From the NCBI RefSeq assembly GCF_009914755.1, contig NC_060947.1: 64,000 nucleotides of DNA. One strand, given 5' to 3'. The stretch's first letter is position 1, and every line of letters begins with the position of its first letter. This document shows positions 40,183 through 59,649 of the stretch, one piece after another. This stretch comes from the human T2T-CHM13v2.0 reference genome, Homo sapiens. The notes under the pieces were generated by a model. That model saw only the letters and a program-made list of their open reading frames with translations, did no database searches and was not told the origin of the DNA. A program made the translations under genes and the position numbers.

Positions 40183-41949
40183 ACACTGTAGGCTCGTCTT
40201 GAGGGATATACAAGAACAAGAGGCCCAGTAGAGGGCCTGTTGCATAGTATGGTTTTTAAAAAAATCTTCATTCAATTTCTAGCTTTGGAGATGACATTAG
40301 GCAGAGTCATCTCTCTCAAGAAAGTATACTATCCATTGAGGATCCACACACGTAAATAGTTACAACATTGATAGATTTTCTGATAAAGAGGAGCTCAGGG
40401 TGCATGGGGTAACAGGATGGGGAGACAGCTTCTTAGTGGAGGTGGTGAATTGGGCTGGGTCTTAGTGAGAAGGAGTTAACTAGGTGGGGGAAGCAGAGAG
40501 AGCAACACTCAAGTTCTGTGGCATGAGGGTATAATGTGTTATATTTGGAAAGTAGCAGGGAGCTCAGTATTGGAGTATGGGCGTGTGTGCGTGGGGGGTG
40601 GAGGAGTGGTAGAGAATGAAGCTGGGGTGTGGGAAGCCCCCTTGAAAAGCATAAGACATGGAAGCCCTTATGTGCCTTTGATTTTATCATTTAGGCCAGT
40701 GTTTGCCAAAATTCATGCTAACTAGTTCTGTTAGATGTTCAGTGAAGAAGCTTCTCCAGTTACCTTATGTAAGAAAAACTCTTGTTCTGCTCCCACTGAA
40801 AAGTCTTAACACTCATGAACATATTAAAGGCTTGGGTAAGAATAAGAACCACTAAAAAACCTGTTTGCTTTTGTTTCTCATTAGCTTTCTATGGATAGTG
40901 TCCCTTAAGACCCAGCAGAACAGATATTTCTCAAAGGCAAACTGTGAAACACTGCAGTGGCTGGTAAAAATTCGTGGGCAGGTTCTAGGGTGAGAAATAG
41001 GATGGGATTTGCTGGCTAGAAAGTTCAGGAAATAATCAGTATGAAGCATAACCTGGAGAGGGAAAGACTGATGAGAACGCTGTTTTTGTCTAGAAACTGA
41101 TGAGGCCTGAAGTAGGACAGTGGCAACAGGCATGGAAAAGAAGGGGTGGAATAGGGCCTTGGAGATTGGTTGGCTGTAGACAGGGAGGGAAAAAGAGGCA
41201 AGTTCCTGGTTTGAGTTGATGGGTGGATTAGGTGTCTTTTCTCGGAGTAGAGGAACCCTGGAGGATGCGAAGCAGGTTTAAAGAGTAAGGTGATGAGTCT
41301 GGCTTTAGATATGGAAGATCTGCGGCATCTGTGAAACGTCCAGGCACAGAGTAGTCTCAGTTGGAGATAAATTCGGGGGATATTAAGTTTGAGTGGTAGG
41401 GAAAGCCAAGAGTGTGGATGAGCTCTCCCAGAGAAAGCACATAGAGGGGAGAGGGCTAGGAGCTTTGTGGGAGACTTTCTTGAGTTACTGTCTAATTCAG
41501 AAAAAGTAGAGCATAGGCCCATAGGTAACTGAAGCCCAGAGAGGAAGGTGGCTCAGTCAGAGTCACACAGTAGGATGTCAGTGTCAAGGCTATGATGATT
41601 TCATCATTGGAATTACTATGTCCATTTCTTCTTAACTATCCCATTGGTCTGTGGCTTCTTTTATCAGTGGAACCACAGTTGTGAAGGTTCTCTTCACTTC
41701 AAAAACTTCAGCTTTTGCATGATAGAAATTAACATGGATCATGGATCTTCACTGTGCTAGGCATTGTGTTGGATGGTTCCTCATAACAGACCTTTGAGGA
41801 GGCCACCATTAGCCCCACTTTACAGATGAGAAAACTGAGGCTCAGAAAGAAGTAGCTTGCTCAAGGTCTCATAGAGGGGAGGCTAGTTAGAATAGTCCAG
41901 ATGAAAGAGGGTGAGTGTAGGGCTGGGAGTTGTGGAAAGAGGCCTTGGT

Positions 41950-42138
41950 AGGATGGAAGAGATTGGAAATGAGGTATTAATATTTAGTGGTTCTTTAAAA
42001 AATTATGTTAAAACCTGGAATGCAGAACACTTTAGCAGATAAAAGGCAGGATGGAAGAGATTGGAAATGAGGTATTTTTAGTGGTTCTTAAAAAATTGTT
42101 AAAACCTGGAATGCAGAACACTTTAGCAGATAAAAGGC
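41950..42138 (+). repeat. Direct tandem duplication, 98 nt + 91 nt
   Basis: aggatggaagagattggaaatgaggtatt...gcagataaaaggc occurs twice, differing only by small indels. Confidence 0.95.
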
Positions 42139-42255
42139 TCACTGTGCCTTTACCCACCCAGTTGCAGATCCACCAAGTAGATATTGAAGAGCAGTGGGCA
42201 GGGGTGATGAAGTTGGCTGGTCTTTGACCCAAGGGCCCTGTCCTTTTCTACTTAG

Positions 42256-42347
42256 CTGACTTGGAGCTAGATGAGGTGGAAGACTTCCTTGGAGAGCTGT
42301 TGACCAACGAGTTTGATACAGTTGTGGAAGACGGGAGTCTGCCCCAG
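42256..42347 (+). CDS. TSR2: TSR2 exon 3 ([31 protein letters not shown])
   Basis: Acceptor ctacttag|, donor CAG|GTGAGC; Glu64 codon GAG at 42273-42275 (reference allele at the reported E64G Diamond-Blackfan site). Confidence 0.97.
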
Positions 42348-42863
42348 GTGAGCTTATCACGGGCACAACTGCAGTCTCCCTACCTGTAGTCTTTCTTCTC
42401 CCCAGCTGTCTGTTTTGGGCCAAGACTCTTGACTATGACTCTGTTGCCTAGAGGAAAAAGTGTAGCCTTTCCAAACCCTGCCTTTTCTTTATTTCTATAC
42501 ATCATTCCCATCCAGGCCTGTTCCTCAGCCCCATCCCAAGGGCAGGTCAGGCCAGTCCAGGTCCATTTTCACCCCCGCTCTGGTTACCATTGCTCCCCAA
42601 TAAGATTACCTTCCCTTTTACATCTTATTTCTTTCAAAGCCCAGTTCTAGAGGATTCCCTGCTAGTTAGGCTCTCTTTTGATGCTTTAGGCCTTCATTTG
42701 AGCCCTTCATATGTGGTTGCTTCATTGGTTAATTCCTTGGGGAGGAAAGAGCTCTGTTCTCTTCTGGAAAAATCCAACCTACTCCCCACTGTTGCTTCAA
42801 ACACGTGCTGTTTGTATAGTAGATATCTGGAAAATCCAAACTGGTTGAATATTTTCTTGGTAG

Positions 42864-43406
<543 letters not shown>

Positions 43407-44129
43407 GTGGGGATGATTGGAAATGGCTTTGGGCCCTTATTTGCTGTTCTAAGAGTTGTCTGTAGGGGTTTTTTTTTTGAGGATTGCAGACCTGTGGACT
43501 GGTTACCCCATCTCCACCCTCTCCCCTGTTCCTCTGTCTGGCTCCCTCCAGGGCAAGGAAAACCTAGGGTCCTTGGTCTTGGGGGTGGGGGGACCTTTTC
43601 CAGCATATTCCCCTGGGCCTTTAGTTAACATCCGAGTGACGAAGCCGGGTTCCCCAGTACAGTGTCTTTTGGGTGCGGTCATTGTGAGGAAGGGGATGAG
43701 TGAGTGTGGGTGTGGCTGGAGGAGGAGCTAGATGCCGGTGGACAGTGGGCAGGTGGATTTGGGGAGGAGAGGATCAGCAGCAGCAGCAGTACTCAGTGAT
43801 AGGGGGCTGGCTGGGTCAGGAATGGTGAGATGAACATGCAAGTGGAAGAGAGAATAGTTGAAAATGTGAATGAAAGTAGCTCTGGAGCCTCTCCCTTACC
43901 CCACCCCACACACACGCAACAGCTCTGTACCCCTGCCCAGAACTTGGAACCTCCCAGGAATGCTGCCTTCCTTCAGCCCAGCCTCCAGTCCTGGGTTCCC
44001 TCAGGAATTCGAAGACCTTGGCTAGGTGGTGAGCTTGGAAGAGCTGGGCTTTGTTTTCTGTCTCCTCTAACCTCTTTCCTTACTCCTTATCCCATCCCAT
44101 TTGAGTTCAGGGGTGAGGCTTAAGATCTT

Positions 44130-44135
44130 AATAAA
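44130..44135 (+). terminator. TSR2: Candidate proximal TSR2 poly(A) signal AATAAA
   Basis: Canonical hexamer about 720 nt after the stop, followed by a TG-rich stretch (ctgtggcttgacctgtg). Confidence 0.65.
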
Positions 44136-44324
44136 TAATACCTTACTGCTTAATCTGTGGCTTGACCTGTGAGTAGTAGCCTTAGAATCAGCCTTCTGGG
44201 AGCTCAGCTTCAGAGTTTACAAGGGAGCAGTTTCTGGGCCCACCCTAGCAGCCTGGTACTTTGGACAACCAAACAGATGAACGAACGGAGCACAGCAGTG
44301 CTATGAAAGTTACTGTAAGCCTGA

Positions 44325-44330
44325 AATAAA
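44325..44330 (+). terminator. TSR2: Candidate second TSR2 poly(A) signal AATAAA
   Basis: Canonical hexamer, but followed by a genomic A-tract (internal priming risk). Confidence 0.45.
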
Positions 44331-44331
44331 C

Positions 44332-44337
44332 TGTATT
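44332..44337 (-). terminator. FGD1: Candidate FGD1 poly(A) signal, variant AATACA
   Basis: Minus-strand AATACA with a long U-rich tract upstream and GU-rich GTTCGTTCATCTGTTTGGTTGT downstream; no minus-strand AATAAA seen between the stop and this site. Confidence 0.65.
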
Positions 44338-44964
44338 TTTCTTAAAAAAAAAAAAACACACAAAAAAACACAAAAAACTGAGTATCCATTGTCCTCCCCC
44401 CTGTTTCCCTGTCCTGCCCGCTGGCCCTGCCATGGGTCTGGACGATAAAATACTGGGTAGCCTTGGGGCCGGGTAGAAGCTGTAAGCCATGGGAGAGGCA
44501 GGAGAGGTCTAGTTGCCACCCCACGTGGAGTTGTACGTGTGAAGACACTGGCTGAGGAGGCAGGGCTGGGTCGGGGCCCCAGGGTCAGTGGCAGAGCTGG
44601 CACTTGAATCCAGGTCTCCTACCTCTGGTGCTTTGTGGGGAACTGGGTGGAGGCAGGATCTGTGGTAGGGTATTGAGGGATGAGGGAGAAAAACGACCTA
44701 ATTCAGGTAGGACTGGCAACGGCTCCCACCCTCCCTGGGGACAGGGATTAATAAAAATTGACATCACTGTAGGAATATATTTTTTAAAAGCCCACGTTTT
44801 GTGAAAAGATGAATTAAAAAACCCAAGACCCAGCATTCGGGATTGAAAGTGCCCGTGATGGGAGTTCAAGTATTGACTGAGCTGGGAGGGAAGGGGCTAG
44901 AGCCCCCAATCAGACATGGGCAACTAGAGTGTGGGGTGGGGGCTCCCAGTTTGTCCCAAACCCT

Positions 44965-45333
<369 letters not shown>

Positions 45334-45534
45334 CTAACTGGTTTTGCATATGCTCTGTCTTCAGTCCCCTACTCAGGAACTCCCCTACTCAGGAACCTTC
45401 CGTGGCTCCAGTGTTATCAACAGGAACATGTCAGAACTGGGGCTAAAATGCAGGCTGGTTTAAATACCTGTCTCCCCCCACCCCCGCCTCTTCTCACAAA
45501 ACTGCTGGGCTAGTCTCTTTAGCATACCAAATAA

Positions 45535-45878
<344 letters not shown>

Positions 45879-46053
45879 CCCATCTGCATACTCTTACCCA
45901 CTCCAAATTGGACCTAGCAGTTCCCCATCTCTACTCCTTCCAGGAAGCCAGGCCCACAACTCATCCTGGTTTTCCCTACATACCACAACCACTCCTTGTC
46001 TCTAGCCAGTCTTTGTCTCTCAAGGGTTGGGGTTCTGATTTCCTCTTAGAGAT

Positions 46054-46382
<329 letters not shown>

Positions 46383-47042
46383 TCAGTGTAGGGACTGCTA
46401 TTCCTATCTCAGATGAAGACGCTCAAGCTCAGGTGGCAGGAGTGATTTGTCCAGTGCCACCCAGTGAATCAGCTAGAGCTGAGATTCAAAGCTAGGTTCG
46501 TCTGCCTCATTTGGGCAACGGCTGCTGCCTCTACAGGCCAGTGGAAGGAGTGTGCGGATCTCAGGCATTCTTTCTTCAGTCAGAGCATTCATTCCTCAAG
46601 CCATTCACACATTTAGGCCTCATGCTTTTTTCTGTCTTTCATCACATCCATTTCCTACACTCATTGAGAGGTAATCTAGCATTGTGGTTTTAAGGGGGTA
46701 TGTGGGTGGTTAATGAAGTCTGGCTTAGAATCCCAGCTCTAGATGAAAATGTATTGACTTGGAGAGCAAAGAGAGCTGATGTGAGAATTAAATGAATTAA
46801 TATATGCAAAGTGCTTAGAATAGTTCCTGGCACAGAGTAAGTACTCTTTTAAGTGTTAAATAAATACCTAGATTTGTTTTTAAAAAAATCTCCAAAATGT
46901 GTGTTTGTGCATATATGCCTAGAAAGATAGGATAAGCCCTCACAATGGTAACTTTTGGGTAGAAGGGATACGGTATTTTATTATTTTTTGTTTATATTGG
47001 TCTACTTATCCTACTTTGTAATAACAAAAGACAATTTTTAAA

Positions 47043-47341
47043 TTTTTTTTTTTTTTTTGAGACGGAGTTTTGCTGTTGTTGCCCAGGCTGGAGTACAATG
47101 GCGCGATCTTGGCTCACCGCAACCTCTGCTTCCCAGGTTCAAGCGATTTGCCTGCCTCAGCCCTCCCAAGTAGCTGGGATTGCAGGCGTGCGCCACCATG
47201 CCTGGCTAATTTTGTGTTTTTAGTAGAGATGGGGTTTCTCCACATTGGTCAGGCTGGTCCTGAACTCCCGACCTCCGGTGATTCACCCGCCTCAGCCTCC
47301 CAAAGTGCTGGGATTACAGGCATGAGCCACTGTGCCCAGCC
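47043..47341 (-). mobile_element. AluSp-like in FGD1 intron 16
   Basis: Alu consensus. Confidence 0.9.
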
Positions 47342-47646
47342 AATTTTTTAATTTTAAAAAAATCCAGTGCTGCCACTCATTTGCTGTGTAATTTGGGCAA
47401 ATGACCCCTCTGGGCCTCAGTTTCCTCGTTTGTAAAATAAAGAGAACAATAGCATGGGCAGATTAGTTACTGTGGGGATTAAATGTCTAAGTACTTAAAG
47501 ATGACTGTCTTTCATTCACTCTTGCCGTCATTTTATTCACTCCAAGCCTGGGTCCCTTGATCACTACTGTTTCCCAAATACTCGGGCCTCCTCAGTCTCA
47601 CTGGGTAGAGTTGGAACCCATTTGCCCACTGTGGGAGAGTTAGTCA

Positions 47647-47994
<348 letters not shown>

Positions 47995-47998
47995 TCAC

Positions 47999-48124
47999 AT
48001 GCCCGCAGGCCTTGCAGTGGTGCCTGCGTTTGGTGATAGAATTGAAGGGCTCCTGGCAGCGCATGCACATGGTGACTTCCTTTTCCCGGATGGGCGTAGG
48101 TGCCCGCTTCCCAAGATCCACGTT
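47999..48124 (-). CDS. FGD1: FGD1 exon 15, FYVE N-terminal half (NVDLGKRAP...CMRC...[10 protein letters not shown])
   Basis: RRHHCK FYVE signature; acceptor ccctacag|, donor CAT|GTGAGT; 126 nt. Confidence 0.97.
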
Positions 48125-48445
48125 CTGTAGGGAGGGCCAGGTCTCAGGTCAGAGACAGCTACTCCCCAGCCCAGTCCAGCCAGCCCTTGTTCCTGCTCCA
48201 ACGCTTGGATTATCATGGGGTGGGGATGGGCTGGGGGTAGGGGGAGCAGCCACATTCAGAAGACCTGCCTTTAAGTCCTGGCTCTGCTCCTAGCTGTGCT
48301 ACTGAAGACAAGTCACTTCTATTATACTTTCTGGGCCTCAGTTTCCCCAATGATTTCTCTGTGGCCCTACCAATGGAAGACTGCTTCTGAAGTCATGCAT
48401 TGCCTCTCTGGTCATTACCGTCTAGGAAAGGGAGAGGATCATCTA

Positions 48446-48649
<204 letters not shown>

Positions 48650-49126
48650 TCACCCCACAAACTACCCATTTCTACCCTCGCCTCACCTTCGTATACCCTA
48701 GCCTGAAGTTAGAAAAGCTGGGTTTCAAACCCAGTTCTGTCACTGGTAGGTGGATGACTTTGAACAAATCCCCTCCCAAATCCAGGTCTCAGTGTTACAA
48801 GTGTAAAATGGGGGAGGGGGAGTGGTGGCTGAAAAACCTCAGGTGGCTTTCCTGGCCACCTTCTGGGCTTAAGATTTTACAGAGCTTGACACCCTCACCT
48901 TATACACCCTCAGAGAAACCAGCTTCCTAAAAGAAGAGTTTGTGAGTTTCTGCTCAACCTCTGCACCTCAGTTTGCTTATCTGTAAAATGGGGATAGTAA
49001 AGTTTGCTGAAAGACAGTTGTCCAGGACCATTCTGGTTAGCTGTGAGTTTTGAGGGAGAATCTATCAACCCCTAGGAGACCTGTTAATACTCTTCTAGCC
49101 CCCTACCACAGAGCCTTGGATGTTAC

Positions 49127-49157
49127 CTGGACCCAGTCTTTCTTCTCCTCCTCAGTC
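49127..49157 (-). CDS. FGD1: FGD1 exon 13, 31-nt micro-exon (R-TEEEKKDWVQ; PH1 C-terminal helix with the conserved Trp)
   Basis: Acceptor ccccaag|, donor CAG|GTAACA; completes the phase-2 codon from exon 12. Confidence 0.95.
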
Positions 49158-49190
49158 CTTGGGGTGGGGAATAAAAAAGAAAGATGTTTG

Positions 49191-49196
49191 GTTAGG
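49191..49196 (-). promoter_or_regulatory. FGD1: Branch point CCTAAC of FGD1 intron 12 (branch A at 49192, position -35)
   Basis: Full yUnAy consensus upstream of the polypyrimidine tract of exon 13. Confidence 0.8.
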
Positions 49197-49621
49197 TAGG
49201 CCCACAAAAAGCAATAGGAGTGGAAGAGCAGGTGTTTTGGAGTCAGAAAGACCTGGGCTTGACCCTCTTCTTCACCTATTACTTATATGACCTTGGGCAA
49301 GTCACATAATCTGCCTGGGTTTATTTATTCAACGATTACTAATACTTTCCAGACCCTGTGCTAAGAACTTGAGCTTCAGAGAGGACCCTGCCCTCAAGGA
49401 GCTCATGGTCTAGTAGAGGAAATAGACAGGGACAATACAGGGAGATCAGTGTTTTGATGGTGAAAATAAGGCCAAGGAGCCCAGAGGAGGTGACATGCCC
49501 CAGTCTGAAGTTTGGGTGAGGACTTTTCAAGGAGGTGCTAGGCCTCAGGTAGAGGGGTAAGGGTGAAATGTGTGGGAGAGAATATAGAACATAAAAGAAA
49601 CCGTGTCAATAATTATCAGTT

Positions 49622-51669
<2,048 letters not shown>

Positions 51670-52444
51670 TCAGGCTATCCCCCAAGCCAATTAAATCAGA
51701 ATCTCTGCAGGTGGGTCCCAGGCATCCGTATTTTTTAAAAGCTCCCCAGCTGATTCCAAAGGTTGCCAAAGTTGAGAAGCAGCTGTCTAAGTTGTGGGCA
51801 TCTGGGTGCTTGTTGTACTTACACTTTTCCGGATATTTGAAAATTTGCATTAAATTTCTTTTTTCTTTTAAGGGCAGTAAAAGTGACTGCAAAGCAAAGC
51901 AAACCCTCCATGCCTTCCTGCTGCCACTAGGAGGAAATCCTACATTGCTTGGCTGCCCCTTCTGGGCCCAGTGTCCCACTGCAGCCCCTTTCCTCTCTGC
52001 AGATGATGAGTCCCTGTCACGTGGCTTGTCACTCCCCTGGATGTGCAGGGCATCTGCTTTGCTCTCACTTTCCCTGCTGCAGGCCTCCATGAGGCTCTCA
52101 ATCTCCCCAAGCTTCAAGACTCACTTCATCCCCCAGGAGGATACCCTCTATCTCACATTCATCTCTCTCTCCCACCTCCTTGCAGTCCCAGCCAGTCATT
52201 TCTCACTTTCTCACAGCCTGTCAGAAGCAGGCCATCTGCTGACATGCATCCATCCTCTGGCCCTCACCATGACCCTGATACCCTTTCACCTGGTCCCTCA
52301 GAAGGCAGCATAGACAGTGGTTAGGAATGTGGACTCCAGGGCCGGATGACCTGAGCTCCAATCTCAGCTCTGCTCCTTTCTTGCTCTGGGATCTTGGGCA
52401 AGTACATAAATATTCTTTTTCTTTCTTTCTTCTTTCTTTTTTAA

Positions 52445-52579
<135 letters not shown>

Positions 52580-52956
52580 TAAGTTTCCCCATTTGTAAAG
52601 TAGATTTATGGTAACAGTAGCTACTTCTAGGGCTCTTGTAAGCTTTTGACTAGTCAACTTAGACTTAAAATTTTAAGTTAACATTAACTTAAAACAGCAC
52701 CTGGCAAAAAACTAAGTCTTGAGGAAATATGAGCTATGATTATAATCATCGAAGTAGAGAATGGATATGAAAGGCCCCTCTGTTAAATGGCTGGCCATCA
52801 TCCCATGCTATTATTTTAAAATGTTTATTATAAAAAACTTCAAGCATACAAAAAAGTAAACAGGATAGCACAAGTACAATACATATCTATATACCTACTA
52901 TAGAGATGCAAAATTTTTTTATATTTTGCCATATTTACTTCATATATATGTACATA

Positions 52957-53616
<660 letters not shown>

Positions 53617-54158
53617 TATATGTGTATGTATGTATATGTGTGCAAATGTGTATGTATGGTTACATATGTATTTTTTGGGTGCTGAACCATTTTAAAGTAA
53701 TTAACAGACATTGTGACACTAAGCCCTCAGCATGCACTGCTGCAAAACAAGGCCATTCTCCTGCATAACCACCATAACATTATCACACCTAAGACAGCAA
53801 TAATTTCTCAATATCTAATGTTCACTTTACATCCACATTTTCTCTTATTGTCCCACAAATGTCTTTTAGGGCTCTTTTTCCCAAACCAGGCTTCTGTCAT
53901 GGACCAAGTACTGCATTTGATTGTTATTTCTCTTAGATCTGTGAATCTACAATAAACTATTTGTGGTGGTATTATTCATGTTGGGTTTCACATCCCATTC
54001 TTCTCTCTCCTCTAACAAAATCCACCAGAAGAAATTCTTGGTTTAATTAGGGAGAGCTTATTCATTTTCCAAAAGGTTTCCCTGGCAGGAGTGCCACCTT
54101 TCCCCATATCGTGAAGTACTCACCCTGAATCTAAATGGTGTCTAACCCTTAGGGATCA

Positions 54159-54434
<276 letters not shown>

Positions 54435-54547
54435 CTAGCCCTCTGCACACATACACACACAGACTCGGGGTCAAAGCCAGCATCTTTGTTCCTCCCAACA
54501 CCAATGCCCCACTCCAAGTTCCCATTTCCCACCTCTTGGATGCTTAC

Positions 54548-54640
54548 CTCCATGCCATCTACATCAATGCGTGCCCGCACGCTAAACTTCTGGCCAAGGA
54601 GCCGCAGCCTGGGCACGCAGTAAAGGAGGCGGTCGTTGAA
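54548..54640 (-). CDS. FGD1: FGD1 exon 11, PH1 ([31 protein letters not shown])
   Basis: Acceptor cttcctag|, donor GAG|GTAAGC; 93 nt. Confidence 0.96.
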
Positions 54641-55018
54641 CTAGGAAGGAAAAAGTTTGGGATGTATGTGCAGAGGGCCTAGTGGGGATGTGGCCCAGCT
54701 CCTTGCCCTGAAGCTTTACTGCCAAGGACTGTAGGCAATAGATGGAGAAAAGACAGCCCAAATTGGGCACAGGGGTCACAAGGAAAGAGCCTAGGCATGG
54801 AAGACACTTCCTAGTGGGGAACCTCGGGCAAGTCACTTCTCTGCAAGGCTTATTTGCCTCATCTGTAAAGTGGAGAAAAAAAATCCTAGCTAGGTAGTGA
54901 AAATACAATTCGTTACTAGAGGAGAGAATGACTAGCAGGAGGTATAGTCTGTTTTTCTTTTTTTTCCTCTTTCAGGAATGAAAGGAGGTATAGTCTTTGA
55001 GTGAGTACCAGGTCACTA

Positions 55019-55360
<342 letters not shown>

Positions 55361-55364
55361 TCAC

Positions 55365-55423
55365 CATTTTGCGGATGGCAGCATTCGAGTGCTCTGCTGC
55401 TGTGGCGATCAGCTCCAGAGACT
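55365..55423 (-). CDS. FGD1: FGD1 exon 9, end of DH domain (K-SLELIATAAEHSNAAIRKM)
   Basis: Acceptor gcctgtag|, donor ATG|GTGAGT; 59 nt. Confidence 0.95.
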
Positions 55424-55435
55424 CTACAGGCATAG

Positions 55436-55786
<351 letters not shown>

Positions 55787-57122
55787 TCGGGGCTTCTTTC
55801 CTCCCTGAATACCTCCTCCTGGCCTGATCACACCCTCCCATCTCAGAAAGCTCCACCCTCAAAGATGTCCACAGCAACATCATTTAAAATCAGAAGTTGT
55901 CCAATGTCACAATGCCAGAATCACAATAGATGGAGTAGTTGGCAGCCAATAAAAAAATGCAAGCTTGCCAAGATTATTATTACCATTAATAATAACAATA
56001 ATAGTTACATATGTAACCAGAAGGAAGCATACCCATGTTGTCTCTGGTTGGTGGGGCCGTGGGTGGTTTTTATTGTCTTCTTTAGGTTTTTCTGTATTTT
56101 CCGTATTTTTGACAAAGAACATGTATTACTTTTATAATCAGAAAAAGCCATATAAAGAAACAATGAGATGATCCTGTTCTTTGTCTCAATGATTCTGATT
56201 CTGGGTATCTATTCTAGGAAAATACACATTCTATACACAAACACATTTTTGTCATATTGGTATTTACAACAGTTCCAAGTGGGAAACAAAAATGTCCATC
56301 TGTAGGGGAGCACACCTTCACCTGTACCTCTTCCCTGCCAAAAAAAATGGCCAACTGTAGGGGTTCAGTTAAATACATTATGGTGTCTTCATATAATGGA
56401 ACATTAAACAACCTTTACAAATGATCCTCATGTAGGTCTTTTAATAATCTGGGAAATGCTCAGGGTGTTTTAAGAAAAGGATACAAACATGTTTATATAG
56501 AATGATCTTACTTTTACAAGTATACATGTCTAAAAAACACCAGGAAGAATTTATGTCACAATGTTCATTGTGCTTATTCTCTGGGGGCTCAGATAACAGG
56601 GGATTTTTTTCCTACTTCTTTCATCTTTTTCTGTAATTTCCATATTTCCTATAGTGACCAGGTATCATCAAAAAAAAAAAAAGAAAAAGCTGAAATGAGT
56701 CCCTGTACATCTCCACACACTAATAAATCCCACCCATGCTTAAGGCCTGGCCACAGTCTTTGTGTACCCCATTCTGTATGTGCTGGATCTCCCCACTCAG
56801 ATCAGCCTGTGCTAGAGGAGCAGAGGTGCTTCTGAAGGAGGTCCATATGGCTGGCCAACCAAGTCGTGTTTTCCTAAGAGGCTCTCTCTTCATGACCAAG
56901 TTTTGGTGCTCACGGAGATCTATGGCCCCTGTCCCAGCTCAGGCATCCACATGCCTTTCAGGGGCCGGGCTCCAATCTCCAACCCTTATTCCATCCTAGC
57001 TGCCAGAAGGAGCTTTCTCACACAGTTTACTGTCACTCCTCTGCTCAAATCTGTCAATGGCTCCCCTGTGCCTGCAGGGTAAAGACCTAGCCCTTTAGCC
57101 TGACATTCAAAGCCCTTGGTGA

Positions 57123-57494
<372 letters not shown>

Positions 57495-58761
57495 TTACTT
57501 CATCTGGCCAACTGTCACTGTCTTCTGGATCCAGCTCACTTCCTCCAGTGAGCCTGCCCAGAGTTCTCGGGCTGGGTTAGGACCCTGTCTGGGTTCTCAC
57601 ATTCTCCTTTGCTCCCTTCTGTCCCACTAGTCACAGTGCTCATCATGTATTTATACATCTGCATCCATATTCCTCAGTAGACTACGAGCTCCCTAGGACA
57701 GGGCCAAGGTCCCACTGCCCTCTCCAGGCAGATGCTTTGGATAAATTAGCTCCTTCAACCCTCACAACAACCCTGTAACATAGATGATTGTGCCCCATTT
57801 ATCCAATGAGGAAACCAAGACCCAGGGAGAAGGTGACCACCCTAGGTTGCCTACCTGGGTGGCAGAGTTGGCATCAGAGCTGGGAATGATCTCCCAGCTG
57901 CCTTTTCTCCTACACATCCTACATCTCCCCCACCCCAAGGCAGGGGGCAGGCTGAGTGGTAGAGGTAGGGGGCACCCAGGGAAGGGGATAGGAAGAAGAC
58001 TCTGGCAAGTTGTGGGCACACAAGCTCAGGCCTGTGTAGGCTGATGGGCTCTGACTGGAGGCTTTGTTACAACGAGCTCTGTCTGGAGATGTCTCATGTG
58101 GAGTACAGACTGGCATTTCCAAGGATCCAGGGTGTACAGTCCCTACCTGGGGGCTCAGTGTGGGGATTTCAGTCTAGAATTTCACTTAGGGGTTCAGGCT
58201 AGGGAGTGCAATCTGCGGGGCCTGATGTAGGGGCTTGGTTTGGAAGCGTTAGTGGGGCCTGGTCTGGGCTTGGCAGTCTAGGATCTTGGTTTGGAGTTTA
58301 GTCTTGGGCCCAGTGTAGGCAACTGAGGCCAGGAGTTCCAGATGGCCTGGTATGGGGAGATTGGTCTAGGGTCCAGGCTCCAGAGTGCAGTCTGGAAAGT
58401 AGAAAGTGGGCAAGTCAGTCTGGGGAACCAGACATATGATTCAGTGAGGCTCAGCCTGGGGAATTTAGTCTGAGGTGTAAAAAATTGGGAGCTCAGCTTA
58501 CGATCTTGGGCTGAGGATCTTAGTGCGCATATCTCAGGCGGGCTCTCATTCAGAGATTCTCATTCTGAACAGCTCAGAAAACCAGACCGGTAAGTTGTTT
58601 CTGGGGACAAAGTTTCATCTTTGGACTTGATGTGGGGAGCTCAATCTGGGAGGCTCCATTAAGGAAGCTCAGTTGGCCAAGCTCAAGCTGTGAGGTTCAT
58701 CCTGGGGCCTCAGATAGGGTTGGGATTGATACAAAACAGGAAGCTCAATTTCTTCAACTCA

Positions 58762-59649
<888 letters not shown>

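Larger units (their letters stand above)
44310..44964 (-). other. FGD1: FGD1 3' UTR (end approximate)
   Basis: Unique sequence between the TAG stop and the candidate AATACA signal. Confidence 0.7.

Noticed and set aside
45365-45396. 16-bp tandem duplication TCCCCTACTCAGGAAC in FGD1 intron 17 (similar 18-bp repeat at 7292-7334)
   Set aside because: Ordinary micro-duplications with no clear functional consequence
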